From Candidatus Saccharimonadota bacterium (GTDB lineage: Bacteria > Patescibacteriota > Saccharimonadia > Saccharimonadales > Saccharimonadaceae), in assembly GCA_017509895.1 (NCBI GenBank), contig JAFWOH010000001.1, forward strand, positions 1,454-65,453: DNA of 64,000 nucleotides, written 5' to 3'. The translations under genes and the position numbers were made by a program. The notes under the pieces are model-generated. The model saw only the letters and a list, made by a program, of their open reading frames with translations, searched no databases and was not told where the DNA came from. Of the stretch, positions 30,847-40,544 are shown piece after piece (position 1 is the stretch's first letter; the number at the start of each line of letters is the position of its first letter).

Positions 30847-31554
30847 TTAGTCCTTATCGGCTTGGTCGGTAATCTCGATGCCACCAAAGCAGCCGGAGGC
30901 ATCAATATAAATAGTATATTTCCCTTTTTCGGTAGCTTCTTTCCGGTCATCTGAAATACCGCCAAAGATGAAGCTGGAGCTGACCTTGATTTTAATATCG
31001 CTCGGGACTCTGATTTCGATGCCGCCGAAGGCACAGGTGGCCTTGATAGCGGTATCTTTTTCGAAGATGGCGTCTCTTAAATCTAGCTCTACGCCGCCAA
31101 AGGCTGCGGAGAGATTGCTGCCGGAGAAGACCTCCTTCTTATAAATGCGTTCGTTCCCAGAGAAAGCCGCCGATAGAGAGTCCATTTTATCGTTTTTTAA
31201 ATCTTCGGCCTTTTTCTTGATTTCTTCATTGTCTTTGCTGTGAAAGAAGTTTTTAAAGACGATGGAGAGGCCAATGGCGATAAGGATGAGTGCTAAAATG
31301 ACTTTCCATGCGACATCATAGGAAAAGACTTCTTGCGCGGCGAGGAGCAAGATGATACCGGCAGACATAAAGACAAGGCTGCCGAGCTTGCCGCTATCAG
31401 TAAGTAGGCTGATAAAGGCAGGGATGATGATAAAGAGTGTCCACCAGCCCTTAAAGAAAATGTTAATATCAAAGAGGCCGAGGGCGTTCCCGCCAAAGAT
31501 GACCCCGAGTGCGATAATCGCAATTCCCCAAATAATAGATCTAGCTTGTTTCAT
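30847..31554 (-). CDS. LiaF/DUF2154-like cell-envelope stress membrane protein
   Basis: Four N-terminal TMs, then AAFSG..FGGVELDLRDA..AFGGIEIRVP beta-repeat domain. Confidence 0.8.
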   Translation of the reverse strand: MKQARSIIWGIAIIALGVIFGGNALGLFDINIFFKGWWTLFIIIPAFISLLTDSGKLGSLVFMSAGIILLLAAQEVFSYDVAWKVILALILIAIGLSIVFKNFFHSKDNEEIKKKAEDLKNDKMDSLSAAFSGNERIYKKEVFSGSNLSAAFGGVELDLRDAIFEKDTAIKATCAFGGIEIRVPSDIKIKVSSSFIFGGISDDRKEATEKGKYTIYIDASGCFGGIEITDQADKD

Positions 31555-31646
31555 AAAACTCCTTGTTAGTTATTATAATTATACTACAAAAACTAATTAT
31601 GGAATCATAAGCATTTTGTGGTATAATAGGGAGTAGGAAAGGTCAT

Positions 31647-33512
31647 ATGAAAATGAAAAAACAGATAAATAAAATCTTGGCTATAGGTTTCATTGTAACA
31701 GGAGCAATTCTGTCGCAAGTGTTAGTGAGCGATACTTATGCAGCAGAAGCAAAGACTAAAACGGTTACTTATCCGTATTATGGATTCGTCGAGGACCCCG
31801 AACATCCTTGGCAGACGGTATTTGACGCATTGGATGAAACCGGTACTATTGAATATAGCGATGAATTCTTTTCCGAACCGTCTCCCGGTGACCATCCGGG
31901 TTTGCGTGCTATGTCTTATGCTTTAGCTCTGGCGGGGTATGAGAATAAAGCCGATGGCTATCCGTCGACTTCAGAGGTCCCAAATCCAAAATTGACTGAC
32001 CTTTTAGACCAGATGGGATTTTCCGATTATCAAAGTTGGGACATTTCTTCCGAGGAAGATGGTCATTCGATGGGTACGACGATTGGCCATAAAAAGCTTC
32101 CGAATGGTCAGGAGCTGATTGTAATCGCGCCGCGCAATTATAATTATATGACGGAGTGGTTGTCAAACTTTAATATTGGTACGGATGGGGATCATGCTGG
32201 TTTTACGGAATCGGCCAATCTCATTGTTAATAGATTTAACCAATATATAGCAAGCCGGGATTTCTCTGATTATAAGGTCTGGATTGTGGGTTATTCACGC
32301 GGGGGTGCAGTGGTTGATTTAGTGGCGAAGAATATCAATGCTAATATTGAGAATTATAAGATGGCGCCAGATGATTTTTATGTTTATACTTTTGGTGCGC
32401 CGCGGGCGAGTACTGTAGAAACCGGGTATTCGAATATCCATGATGTAAAAGACGGGAATGACCTGTTGCTGGGCTATGTTTTTCCAGAGCTCTGGGGATT
32501 TTATAATACTGGTGTATATGAAGAAATTCATCCGGCAGATTTAGAGATTAATACTTCTGTCGTGGATATTTCTGATTTGGCGGATAGTTCTAGGGCGATG
32601 AATATACTTTCGTCCAACGATGGCTTAACTAAGAAAGTTGGTATGATGAACGGTAGAGATTTTATGGATGCATGGATACAGTTTATCACCGAGAATGGTT
32701 TTACGCGTGAATATTTTGATTCTACCGTCAAGGAACCACTTTCGGCGGTGATGAAGGCTTATCAATTAAGGACCATAGATAAACAAAGCGAGTTTACGGG
32801 TTTTATTAAAGATACTGATAAGGGGCTAGCCGGCATGGTGGCGGCAAATGCCTTTATAGATTTAATGACTGGGGGTTATGGTACTACCATGGAAGAAGCT
32901 TTGGATAATTTTCCGCCCTATCTAGACCTTGTGAAGATTCTAAAGGGCACGGCGACGGAGGACGATGTGGATGATTTCTTAACTTATCTGACAAGGTATA
33001 TAGGTGAATACGGAGATTATGAAGAAAGGTTCGGTGAGACTTTGGTGGTGACAGAGGTGGAGTTTAACATTTTAAAGGAAAATCTTCCGAAATTAATAAA
33101 AGCCTTGGCGCCGATTATAATTGCGGATGCTAGATATACTCAGGAGACATTTGGTGATAATTATTCCCTGTTTTATACCTATACCTTGGTCGCGGGTGCC
33201 GAAAAATTAGTTATCGGCCACATTCCCGAAAGTATCATGCCAATTTTAAAGAGTTTAATTCCGGCCGATGAGGATGATGATGAGCCTGGTGAGGGTGAAG
33301 GTGAGGAAGGTGAGGATGATAGCAAGGAGGAAGAATCTAAAGATGATGATGCTAGCGATAGTATCGTAATTATAGATGATGACGAGGGCTCGAGCGTTCC
33401 AAACACCGGTGCTATGACCAAGCAGAATCAGCTATCGGCGATAAGTATCTCATCGGGGGTGGCGGTCGTCGTGTCGCTAACGGGATTAATGATTGTAAGA
33501 AAAAGGTTTTAA
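31647..33512 (+). CDS. Secreted class-3-type lipase with acidic linker and VPNTG sorting-like tail
   Basis: Signal peptide; DHAGF, WIVGYSRGG (GxSxG), YTFGAP; VPNTG + hydrophobic segment + RKRF. Confidence 0.75.
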   Translation: MKMKKQINKILAIGFIVTGAILSQVLVSDTYAAEAKTKTVTYPYYGFVEDPEHPWQTVFDALDETGTIEYSDEFFSEPSPGDHPGLRAMSYALALAGYENKADGYPSTSEVPNPKLTDLLDQMGFSDYQSWDISSEEDGHSMGTTIGHKKLPNGQELIVIAPRNYNYMTEWLSNFNIGTDGDHAGFTESANLIVNRFNQYIASRDFSDYKVWIVGYSRGGAVVDLVAKNINANIENYKMAPDDFYVYTFGAPRASTVETGYSNIHDVKDGNDLLLGYVFPELWGFYNTGVYEEIHPADLEINTSVVDISDLADSSRAMNILSSNDGLTKKVGMMNGRDFMDAWIQFITENGFTREYFDSTVKEPLSAVMKAYQLRTIDKQSEFTGFIKDTDKGLAGMVAANAFIDLMTGGYGTTMEEALDNFPPYLDLVKILKGTATEDDVDDFLTYLTRYIGEYGDYEERFGETLVVTEVEFNILKENLPKLIKALAPIIIADARYTQETFGDNYSLFYTYTLVAGAEKLVIGHIPESIMPILKSLIPADEDDDEPGEGEGEEGEDDSKEEESKDDDASDSIVIIDDDEGSSVPNTGAMTKQNQLSAISISSGVAVVVSLTGLMIVRKRF

Positions 33513-33557
33513 CTTACACTAAAAAATCGCTAGGTCTTAGCGATTTTTTAAAGAGCT

Positions 33558-33812
33558 TTACGCCGCGAGATACCACGCGAGCGTTTTAGAGTCGAATTCG
33601 AGGTGGCAATGCCTTTTCCCGACCATAACCTCAAAGATATGGATGGCAAAGCCCTTGCCAAAGCGGACCTGACTCCCGAGTAGCTCGGTGACTTCCTTCG
33701 GCTCTGACTCTCCGCGGCGCTTGAAAGATAACGGCTCGCAGGGGGTCATTTCATAGCCAAAGAGGGCCATGACTTCTACTCGCTCTTTAGTATTATTGTT
33801 AAAGTTTTTCAT
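33558..33812 (-). CDS. Small hypothetical protein with a long structured leader
   Basis: SD AGGAG; upstream TGGTATAAT at 33954-33962; terminator at 33521-33549. Confidence 0.65.
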   Translation of the reverse strand: MKNFNNNTKERVEVMALFGYEMTPCEPLSFKRRGESEPKEVTELLGSQVRFGKGFAIHIFEVMVGKRHCHLEFDSKTLAWYLAA

Positions 33813-33965
33813 AAGTAACTCCTAGATTAAATAATATAGAAGTCATTTATGCGAGCCTAATTTATTGGCTCTTGGCTGAGAGTATAAATGACGATACAGA
33901 CAGCTTGTAAACTTTTTTCATCGCCAGTGACCGAAGTATGGCGAGACAATATTATTATACCATGC

Positions 33966-34634
33966 TTATGCTTTTAGCGATACAATAAAACCATGAGTTT
34001 TTTGATGTTTGAGCCCTAAATCTTCGGCAAAGTCTATAAGAGTTTTTTGCTGGCAAGGGTCCATCTCTAGTAAGATTTTTGGATGCCAATTTCTAGTTTT
34101 AATTTCCATGAGCAGTTTTTTGATGAGGGCGAGGCCTTTATCTTCGGCATATAGGGCTATTTCTGGCTCTACATTCAAAGCCTCTTTATCGAGCCAGCTC
34201 CAATTTTTATCTACATAAGGGAGATTTGCCACGATTAAATCTGGCTCGTTTTTATGATAGTTTTCTAATAAATTGGAGTGGATAAAATTTACCTTGGCGT
34301 TTAAGAGTTTGGCATTTTCATGGGCGATTTTAAGTGCTTTTTCTGAAACATCAAGGCCGATAATTTCCGCTTCCGGGATTTCTAATTTTAAGGTGATTGC
34401 GATATTGCCAGAGCCGGTGCCGATGTCCAAAATTAGGGGATTTTCTGTTAGTGCTCTTTTGGGTGGTTTCATCCCCGGGAGATAGGCTCTGCCGGCTAAT
34501 AACAAGGCCTCGTCGATTAATTGCTCGGTCTCTGCGCGCGGGACGAGGACTGCTGGCGTGACCTTAAATTTTCGGCCGTAAAAATCTTGATAGCCCGCTT
34601 GATAAGCCCATGTGGAGAGATTATTGTTTGTCAC
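33966..34634 (-). CDS. prmC: Release factor glutamine methyltransferase (HemK/PrmC, N-terminally shortened)
   Basis: VLVPRAETE, DIGTGSG, ANLPYV, EPEIALYA; GTG directly after the prfA stop. Confidence 0.92.
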   Translation of the reverse strand: MTNNNLSTWAYQAGYQDFYGRKFKVTPAVLVPRAETEQLIDEALLLAGRAYLPGMKPPKRALTENPLILDIGTGSGNIAITLKLEIPEAEIIGLDVSEKALKIAHENAKLLNAKVNFIHSNLLENYHKNEPDLIVANLPYVDKNWSWLDKEALNVEPEIALYAEDKGLALIKKLLMEIKTRNWHPKILLEMDPCQQKTLIDFAEDLGLKHQKTHGFIVSLKA

Positions 34635-35684
34635 TTAAGATTCCTTGTCTGCCAAAAGTTCGCGCTCGTGTTTGGTGAGCTCGCTTATGATGTCTTCGAT
34701 GTCGCCATCCATGACGGCGCCGATATTTGAGCGTGAATAATGAATGCGGTGGTCTGTTACGCGGTCCTGTGGGAAATTGTAAGTGCGGATTTTCTCGCTC
34801 CTGTCTCCGGTGCCGATGAGAGATTTTCGTGCCGCCGAGGCGGATTTTTGCTCCTCTTCCTTTTGCTTTTCGAGTAGTCTCGAGCGCAAGATGTTCATCG
34901 CCTTGATGCGGTTTTGCTGTTGGCTACGCTCATCTTGCATTGCGACTACGATGCCGGTCGGGAGGTGGGTAATGCGGACGGCTGAATCGGTGGTGTTGAC
35001 GCCTTGCCCGCCATGGCCACCAGAACGATAGATATCGATTCTTAAATCTTCTGGTTTAATCTCTAGTTCTGATTCTTCTGCTTCTGGTAAGACCGCTACT
35101 GTCGCGGTGGAGGTATGGATTCTTCCCTGACTTTCAGTCACCGGGACACGTTGGACGCGGTGGACGCCGCCTTCGAATTTTAGTTGGCCATACGGTTTTT
35201 CGCCAGAGACTCGGAAAATTACTTCTTTCATGCCCCCGGCTTCGTTTTCATTCTGGGAAATTAACTCTGGCTTTAGATTGTGATTTTCGGCGTAATGGCA
35301 ATACATCCGATATAGCTCGCCAGCAAAGAGTGAGGCCTCGTCTCCACCCGCGCCGGCGCGGATTTCGATGATTACCGGCTTATCGTCCTGCGGGTCGCGT
35401 GGGATTAAAAGCTCTTCTAGTTTTTCTTCTAGCTTAGGTAGTTTGGTATTTAATTCTTCAAGGTCTGCTCTTGCGAGCTCGCCAAGCTCTGGGTCGTTTT
35501 CTAGCTCCTTTGCCTCACTAATTTTGTTTTTGGTTTCCTCGATTTCTTTTGCGGTGGTTAAAATTTCATCAAGCTCATTCAGTCTCCTTGATTTTGCCGC
35601 AAAATCTGGCTTAGAATACGCGTCTGGCTCCGCGAGAAACGATTCTATCTCTCTTTTCTCATCTTCAAATTTCTTTAAATCCAT
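34635..35684 (-). CDS. prfA: Peptide chain release factor 1 (start reassigned to MDLKK)
   Basis: [17 protein letters not shown] (PxT), [18 protein letters not shown]. Confidence 0.97.
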   Translation of the reverse strand: MDLKKFEDEKREIESFLAEPDAYSKPDFAAKSRRLNELDEILTTAKEIEETKNKISEAKELENDPELGELARADLEELNTKLPKLEEKLEELLIPRDPQDDKPVIIEIRAGAGGDEASLFAGELYRMYCHYAENHNLKPELISQNENEAGGMKEVIFRVSGEKPYGQLKFEGGVHRVQRVPVTESQGRIHTSTATVAVLPEAEESELEIKPEDLRIDIYRSGGHGGQGVNTTDSAVRITHLPTGIVVAMQDERSQQQNRIKAMNILRSRLLEKQKEEEQKSASAARKSLIGTGDRSEKIRTYNFPQDRVTDHRIHYSRSNIGAVMDGDIEDIISELTKHERELLADKES

Positions 35685-35707
35685 GTTACAATTATACCAC
35701 ATCACTT

Positions 35708-35784
35708 GGATCTTTAGCTCAGTTGGCTAGAGCGTACGATTCACATTCGTAAGGTCACTGGTTCGAGCCCAGTAAGATCCACCA
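35708..35784 (+). tRNA. tRNA-Val(CAC)
   Basis: GGATCTT/AAGATCC acceptor stem, D-arm AGCTCAGTTGG, anticodon loop TT-CAC-AT, GTTCGA T-loop, encoded CCA. Confidence 0.95.
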
Positions 35785-36004
35785 CAACGTATATAAATCG
35801 GCAAAATGGCCGATTTTTTAGTAGTAAATTTCTGTTAAGTACCTTGCGGCAACAGTATGTAATTTTGGAGCATTTTGCAGCAAAAAATTACCAAAAACGC
35901 GGTTTTCACCCCTGTTGAAATGTCTGTTAAATACCCTTCCATTCTGGTTATACCCCACTTCTCATTCTTAAAAAACCAGACATTTTCGTCTGGTTTGTTT
36001 GATA

Positions 36005-36490
36005 TTAGACGTTTCTAAGCATCTTTATTTCCAAAACTTTTGAATTTGGGATTCCTGGCACTGGCCTAACTTCGTCGGTCTCATAAAAGCCATGTCGTCT
36101 GTAAAATTCCTTTGCTCTTTCGTTCTCACATAGAACCCACAGCTCGCGACAGTCGAATGTATTTTTAACGAATTTGATTAGCTCTCCGCCAATACCTTTT
36201 CCTTCGAAAAACGGATCGACATATAATTCTTTAATCTCAGAGCCTTTAACGCGTATCATCCCCTGAACAAATTTATCACTATAGACGAAAATTGTATTAA
36301 GTAATTCTGGTTTTCTAACATATTCCTTCGCTAACGGATAAACTTGCAGCTCAACAAACGACCCAATATCGTTGTTAAAAATTTGACGATAATTTTTCCT
36401 CTTTGAAAAAACCAATATCTCAGCGATTCGCGATACATCGTCAATGGAAGCTTTCCTTATACTTTTGGAAACCTCAATGTCCTTGCTCAC
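36005..36490 (-). CDS. GNAT family N-acetyltransferase in an AT-rich islet
   Basis: LYVDPFFEGKGIGGEL acetyl-CoA motif, N.RAKEFYRRHGF; GTG start with SD GAGGAGG. Confidence 0.88.
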   Translation of the reverse strand: MSKDIEVSKSIRKASIDDVSRIAEILVFSKRKNYRQIFNNDIGSFVELQVYPLAKEYVRKPELLNTIFVYSDKFVQGMIRVKGSEIKELYVDPFFEGKGIGGELIKFVKNTFDCRELWVLCENERAKEFYRRHGFYETDEVRPVPGIPNSKVLEIKMLRNV

Positions 36491-36784
36491 GGTCACCACC
36501 TCCTCTATAAATGAGCACATTTTCATATTATACCATAAAATGGGGGGGGGTTGGCATAGGTGCTTCTTCTTTTGTGTTATCCTCATCGTAGCGCTGTTTT
36601 GGTAAACGCATTCAGTTTATTCTGGATATCCTCTTTATAGATTGTTAATGCCTGCCCAATTCGCCCCCACCACCGTAGAAGCTGAAGCAAGCAAAAAGCT
36701 TGCTTTTTTGCTTGATGTTCGCCCCTTGGGATGTGTGAGCGGAGCGAAGGCGCCGCCCAGTGGAAGACGCGCGAAGCGTGGCTA

Positions 36785-38065
36785 TCAGCGGCGGGTGGCG
36801 GTGCTGGGGTAGGCCTCGAGGGTGACATTGAGGTTTAATTCCCCGCCGTTTCGGAGGACGCGGAGCTGGATGGTGTCGCCGACGGAATATTCGCCGACGA
36901 GGGCGGTGATGGTGCCGGCCTTGCCGACTTCTACCCCGTTAACATGGGTGATGATGTCGCCGTCTTTAATGCCGGCTTTGTCGGCTGGAGAGCCGGAGAT
37001 GACTGCGGAAGTGCTGGAGCGGTCGCTATGAACATAGCCGCCGTTTTTAACAGAGAGATTATAGGTTTTTGCGACATCCGGAGTGATGGTGACATAATTT
37101 ACGCCGATGTAGGCTCGCTCTGCCTTGCCTTCGCTGATGACCTTTTTTAACATGCCCTTGACGGAGGAAATCGGGATGGCAAAGCCGATATTATCAGCGC
37201 TGGAGGTCGCGACATTGAGGCCGACGACTTGGCCGGCGGCATTGACGAGTGGACCGCCGGAATTACCGCTGTTAATGGCGGCGTCGGTCTGGATGAGGTC
37301 TGTCAAACTCTCATAAGCGGAGCCGGTAGAATCAGAGGCGGTGATAGAACGATTGAGGCCGGAGACAATACCTTCTGTTACGGTGTTCTGGAACTGTCCG
37401 AGGGCATTGCCGATGGCGATGACCTGCTGGCCGATATTCATGGTCTTTGAATCGCCGAGCGTGACGGCAGGGAGATTAGACACCCCATCAACCTTAATAA
37501 AGGCGACATCATTAGCCGGGTCGACACCGACGATTTTAACATTTTCATAGGTCGTGCCGTCATCCAAGATGACATTGACTTTATTCGCACCCTCGACGAC
37601 ATGCTTATTAGTTAAAATGTAGCCATCGCCGGAGACAATCATGCCGGTACCGGCGGCAGAGGAAGTGGAACTCTGGCCAAACCAACTGAGTGTCCGGGTT
37701 TCTGTCGTGATAGATACAACGCTAGGCGAGACCTTGCTTGCGACATCGGCGATAGAGCCATCGGTGAAATTAGCGGAATTGCCATCGACACCGCTTCCCC
37801 ATGTGACGCGGGAGCTGTTATTGTTATAATTATAAATTGAAAAGCCGAGAGCAAAGACGCTACAGACGGCGGTCACGCAGGCAATGGTGAGGACGATAAT
37901 ATGAAAATTATTATTTGGCGTAGTACTGCGCTTGCCGGAGGCGGTTTCGGTATGAGCCTCTTTTTTTGAGGTCTTTTTAGATTTTTTAGTTTCTTTGGCT
38001 TTTTCGGCCGGGGCGTCGACGACATCGACGGAAATAGGATTGTTTTCTTCGTTATTTACAATCAT
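36785..38065 (-). CDS. htrA: HtrA/DegP-like serine protease with PDZ
   Basis: TNKHVV, D.AFIKV, IQTDAAINSGNSGGPL; N-terminal TM. Confidence 0.93.
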   Translation of the reverse strand: MIVNNEENNPISVDVVDAPAEKAKETKKSKKTSKKEAHTETASGKRSTTPNNNFHIIVLTIACVTAVCSVFALGFSIYNYNNNSSRVTWGSGVDGNSANFTDGSIADVASKVSPSVVSITTETRTLSWFGQSSTSSAAGTGMIVSGDGYILTNKHVVEGANKVNVILDDGTTYENVKIVGVDPANDVAFIKVDGVSNLPAVTLGDSKTMNIGQQVIAIGNALGQFQNTVTEGIVSGLNRSITASDSTGSAYESLTDLIQTDAAINSGNSGGPLVNAAGQVVGLNVATSSADNIGFAIPISSVKGMLKKVISEGKAERAYIGVNYVTITPDVAKTYNLSVKNGGYVHSDRSSTSAVISGSPADKAGIKDGDIITHVNGVEVGKAGTITALVGEYSVGDTIQLRVLRNGGELNLNVTLEAYPSTATRR

Positions 38066-38080
38066 AATTAACTCCTTTCT

Positions 38081-38863
38081 TTATAAATGAAATTTTGGAT
38101 CGCTGAAAAATACTATCATTGTAATAATGATTAGTATACTAAAGGTGGTGGGGGCGAGAATCTCGGACTTTTTAAGCTCGCCATCGTTTTTAATTAGAGA
38201 ACGGTAAATACTAGCAAAGGCAAAGGCGAAAACTGTCAGGATAATGGAAAGCTGGGGGATGACGATGCCGGTCTCGCCAAAGCTATAGACTTTAAGCCAA
38301 GAGTGAAAAATCCAAGCGATTTCTGCACAGATGAGACCGCAAGAATAAGTGACGAGCTGGAAATTATTATCGTCCGACTGGACGAGGACATGACGGGTGG
38401 CGGCCCAGCCGATAAAGGCGGTGGCGAGGACGAGGAAGATAGAATCGTAAGTCGCGGTGAGAAGGACGGCCGCGGTGGTGCCGAAAAAGACTGCGGTGAG
38501 GCTCTGGGCGGCAAGGGCTTTGTCTGAGGAGCGGGGCTTTAAGACGATGAGCCAGAGGGTATAAAGGGCGGCGAGGATGTAATGGACCGGAAGGAAAGTT
38601 GTACCCGAGCAATAGGCGATTAAGATGAAGGAGAAACCAACAATTAAATCGACTAAGCTAGATTTAATATTGATGAGCCAATAACGCGGGCGAACAGCAA
38701 AAACGCGCCATTTCGAAACGAGCACTAATAAGAATCCGGGGATGAAAGAACCGGTAATCGTGGTTATAACGATGGAGCCTACGCCAAGCAAGATGTTTAA
38801 GACGATGTACAAAATCGTGCTTAAGACATTTCGAGATTTTCGGATTAATACATAATCAGCCAT
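38081..38863 (-). CDS. Conserved hypothetical multi-pass membrane protein
   Basis: About 8 hydrophobic segments; leaderless-type promoter. Confidence 0.7.
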   Translation of the reverse strand: MADYVLIRKSRNVLSTILYIVLNILLGVGSIVITTITGSFIPGFLLVLVSKWRVFAVRPRYWLINIKSSLVDLIVGFSFILIAYCSGTTFLPVHYILAALYTLWLIVLKPRSSDKALAAQSLTAVFFGTTAAVLLTATYDSIFLVLATAFIGWAATRHVLVQSDDNNFQLVTYSCGLICAEIAWIFHSWLKVYSFGETGIVIPQLSIILTVFAFAFASIYRSLIKNDGELKKSEILAPTTFSILIIITMIVFFSDPKFHL

Positions 38864-38904
38864 ATATATAATTATATCAGAGTCTGGCTTAAAACAACAT
38901 AAAA

Positions 38905-39555
38905 TTAGAAGAAACGCATATTGTTAAATGGGAAGAGGCGGAGGAGGACGGGGCCGATGATGCGGCAGAATGGGATGGTGCCGAGGCCATTCCGAGAATC
39001 ATAAGAATGAGAGCCCTCGCGATTATCGCCGGAGACGAACAATTCCCCCTCCGGGACGATGATGTCGACCTCGCCGGAGGTGTGTTCTTTTGGACCGTCT
39101 GTCTCAGAGACGCGGGTGTTATCATCGGGATGGAAGCCATCTGGATTTTCCTCATTGTAAACGGTGAGGACGCCATCTTTCACAGTTACGCGCTCTTTTG
39201 GAAAGGCGATGACACGCTTAATAATATATTGATCATCTACGCCACTCTGGACCTGACAAGTCAAGGGGCCATCCGCGGGGCCGTTCGCAAAGACGATAAT
39301 CTGGCCACGAGAGGGGATGTATTCATTGCCGAGGAAATGCTCCCATGTGACGGGGAGGCGATTAACGATAACACGATCGCTCTGATGGAGAGTGTTTTCC
39401 ATAGAAATTCCGACGACATTATAAGAGCGAAAGACATAAGCATTGAGACCGAGTGTGCCGACAATAACAGCGATAACAAAGAGAACAAGACTTAAAATAT
39501 CTTTTGCCAAGGGGTGCTTTTCAAGTAAATTGACACGAATGTGGTTATTATCCAT
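38905..39555 (-). CDS. lepB: Signal peptidase I
   Basis: G.SMENTL (Ser), IKRVIA (Lys), GDNR..S.DSR. Confidence 0.92.
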   Translation of the reverse strand: MDNNHIRVNLLEKHPLAKDILSLVLFVIAVIVGTLGLNAYVFRSYNVVGISMENTLHQSDRVIVNRLPVTWEHFLGNEYIPSRGQIIVFANGPADGPLTCQVQSGVDDQYIIKRVIAFPKERVTVKDGVLTVYNEENPDGFHPDDNTRVSETDGPKEHTSGEVDIIVPEGELFVSGDNREGSHSYDSRNGLGTIPFCRIIGPVLLRLFPFNNMRFF

Positions 39556-39560
39556 AACAA

Positions 39561-40508
39561 TTATTTTACCATAGTTTCGTAGTTTTGTGTTAAGATTTCG
39601 CGAAGCTCCGTAGTGGTTTTTCCGGCCATGAGTTTATTTCTGAGCTCGGCGGAGCCGGGAGTACCATGAAAATAGACCTTGAAAAAGTGTTTTAAAGTCT
39701 CAAAGGGCAGGCGACTTTCTTTATCAAAAAGGTCGAGATGATAGAGAAAGAGATTTTTAAGGTCTTCTATTGTCGGCTGATAATCCGTAAAACAATAGGG
39801 ATTTTCAAAAACACCGCGGCCAATCATAAAGCCGTCTACGCCCGGATACTCGAGCTTTAGTTGCTCGGCCATTTGGCGATTTTTAATATCGCCATTGATG
39901 ATGAGCTTAGTCTCGGGGGCGAGAGCATCTCTCAAATTGATAATTTCGGGGATTAATTCAAAATGGGCGGGGACTTTACTCATCTCTTTTCTGGTTCTTA
40001 GATGGACGGTGAGGGCGGCGAGATTTTGACTAAGGAGTGTCGGGAGCCAAGTTTGATATTCATCCGTAAAAGTAAAGCCGAGGCGGGTCTTGACGGAGAC
40101 GGGGAGGGAGGTGGCCGATTTAGCACTCTTGATACATTCGACGGCAAGTTCTGGGGTTTTAATCATGGCGGCGCCACCGCCGGCCTTATTGACATTTTTA
40201 TCGGGACAGCCCATGTTGATATCGAGGCCGTCAAAACCGAGACCCTCTAGCGCGCTAGCGGTCTCTTTGAAATGCTCGGGATTTTTACCCCAGATTTGGG
40301 CGACGATTGGATTCTCGCCGGGCGCGATTTTAAGGCGCTCTAAGGCATTTTCGCGACCCTTCTCAGAGGCATAACTTGAGACATTGGTAAACTCCGTAAA
40401 AAAGATGTCGGGGCGGCCGGCTTTTAAAATGATCTGACGAAAAACTAGGTCGGTCACACCTTCCATCGGAGCAAGAATCAAAAACGGTGAAGTTTGTTTA
40501 TTCCACAT
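39561..40508 (-). CDS. dus: tRNA-dihydrouridine synthase
   Basis: LAPMEGVT, DINMGCP, SVKTRLG, INGDI, MIGRG. Confidence 0.93.
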   Translation of the reverse strand: MWNKQTSPFLILAPMEGVTDLVFRQIILKAGRPDIFFTEFTNVSSYASEKGRENALERLKIAPGENPIVAQIWGKNPEHFKETASALEGLGFDGLDINMGCPDKNVNKAGGGAAMIKTPELAVECIKSAKSATSLPVSVKTRLGFTFTDEYQTWLPTLLSQNLAALTVHLRTRKEMSKVPAHFELIPEIINLRDALAPETKLIINGDIKNRQMAEQLKLEYPGVDGFMIGRGVFENPYCFTDYQPTIEDLKNLFLYHLDLFDKESRLPFETLKHFFKVYFHGTPGSAELRNKLMAGKTTTELREILTQNYETMVK

Positions 40509-40544
40509 CTAGTATATTATATCACGCGGTGGTATAATTTTTTT

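Noticed and set aside
35831-35935. dif site (TGTTAA resembles the XerD arm)
   Set aside because: No matching XerC arm at 6-bp spacing; the motif occurs as a direct repeat instead.
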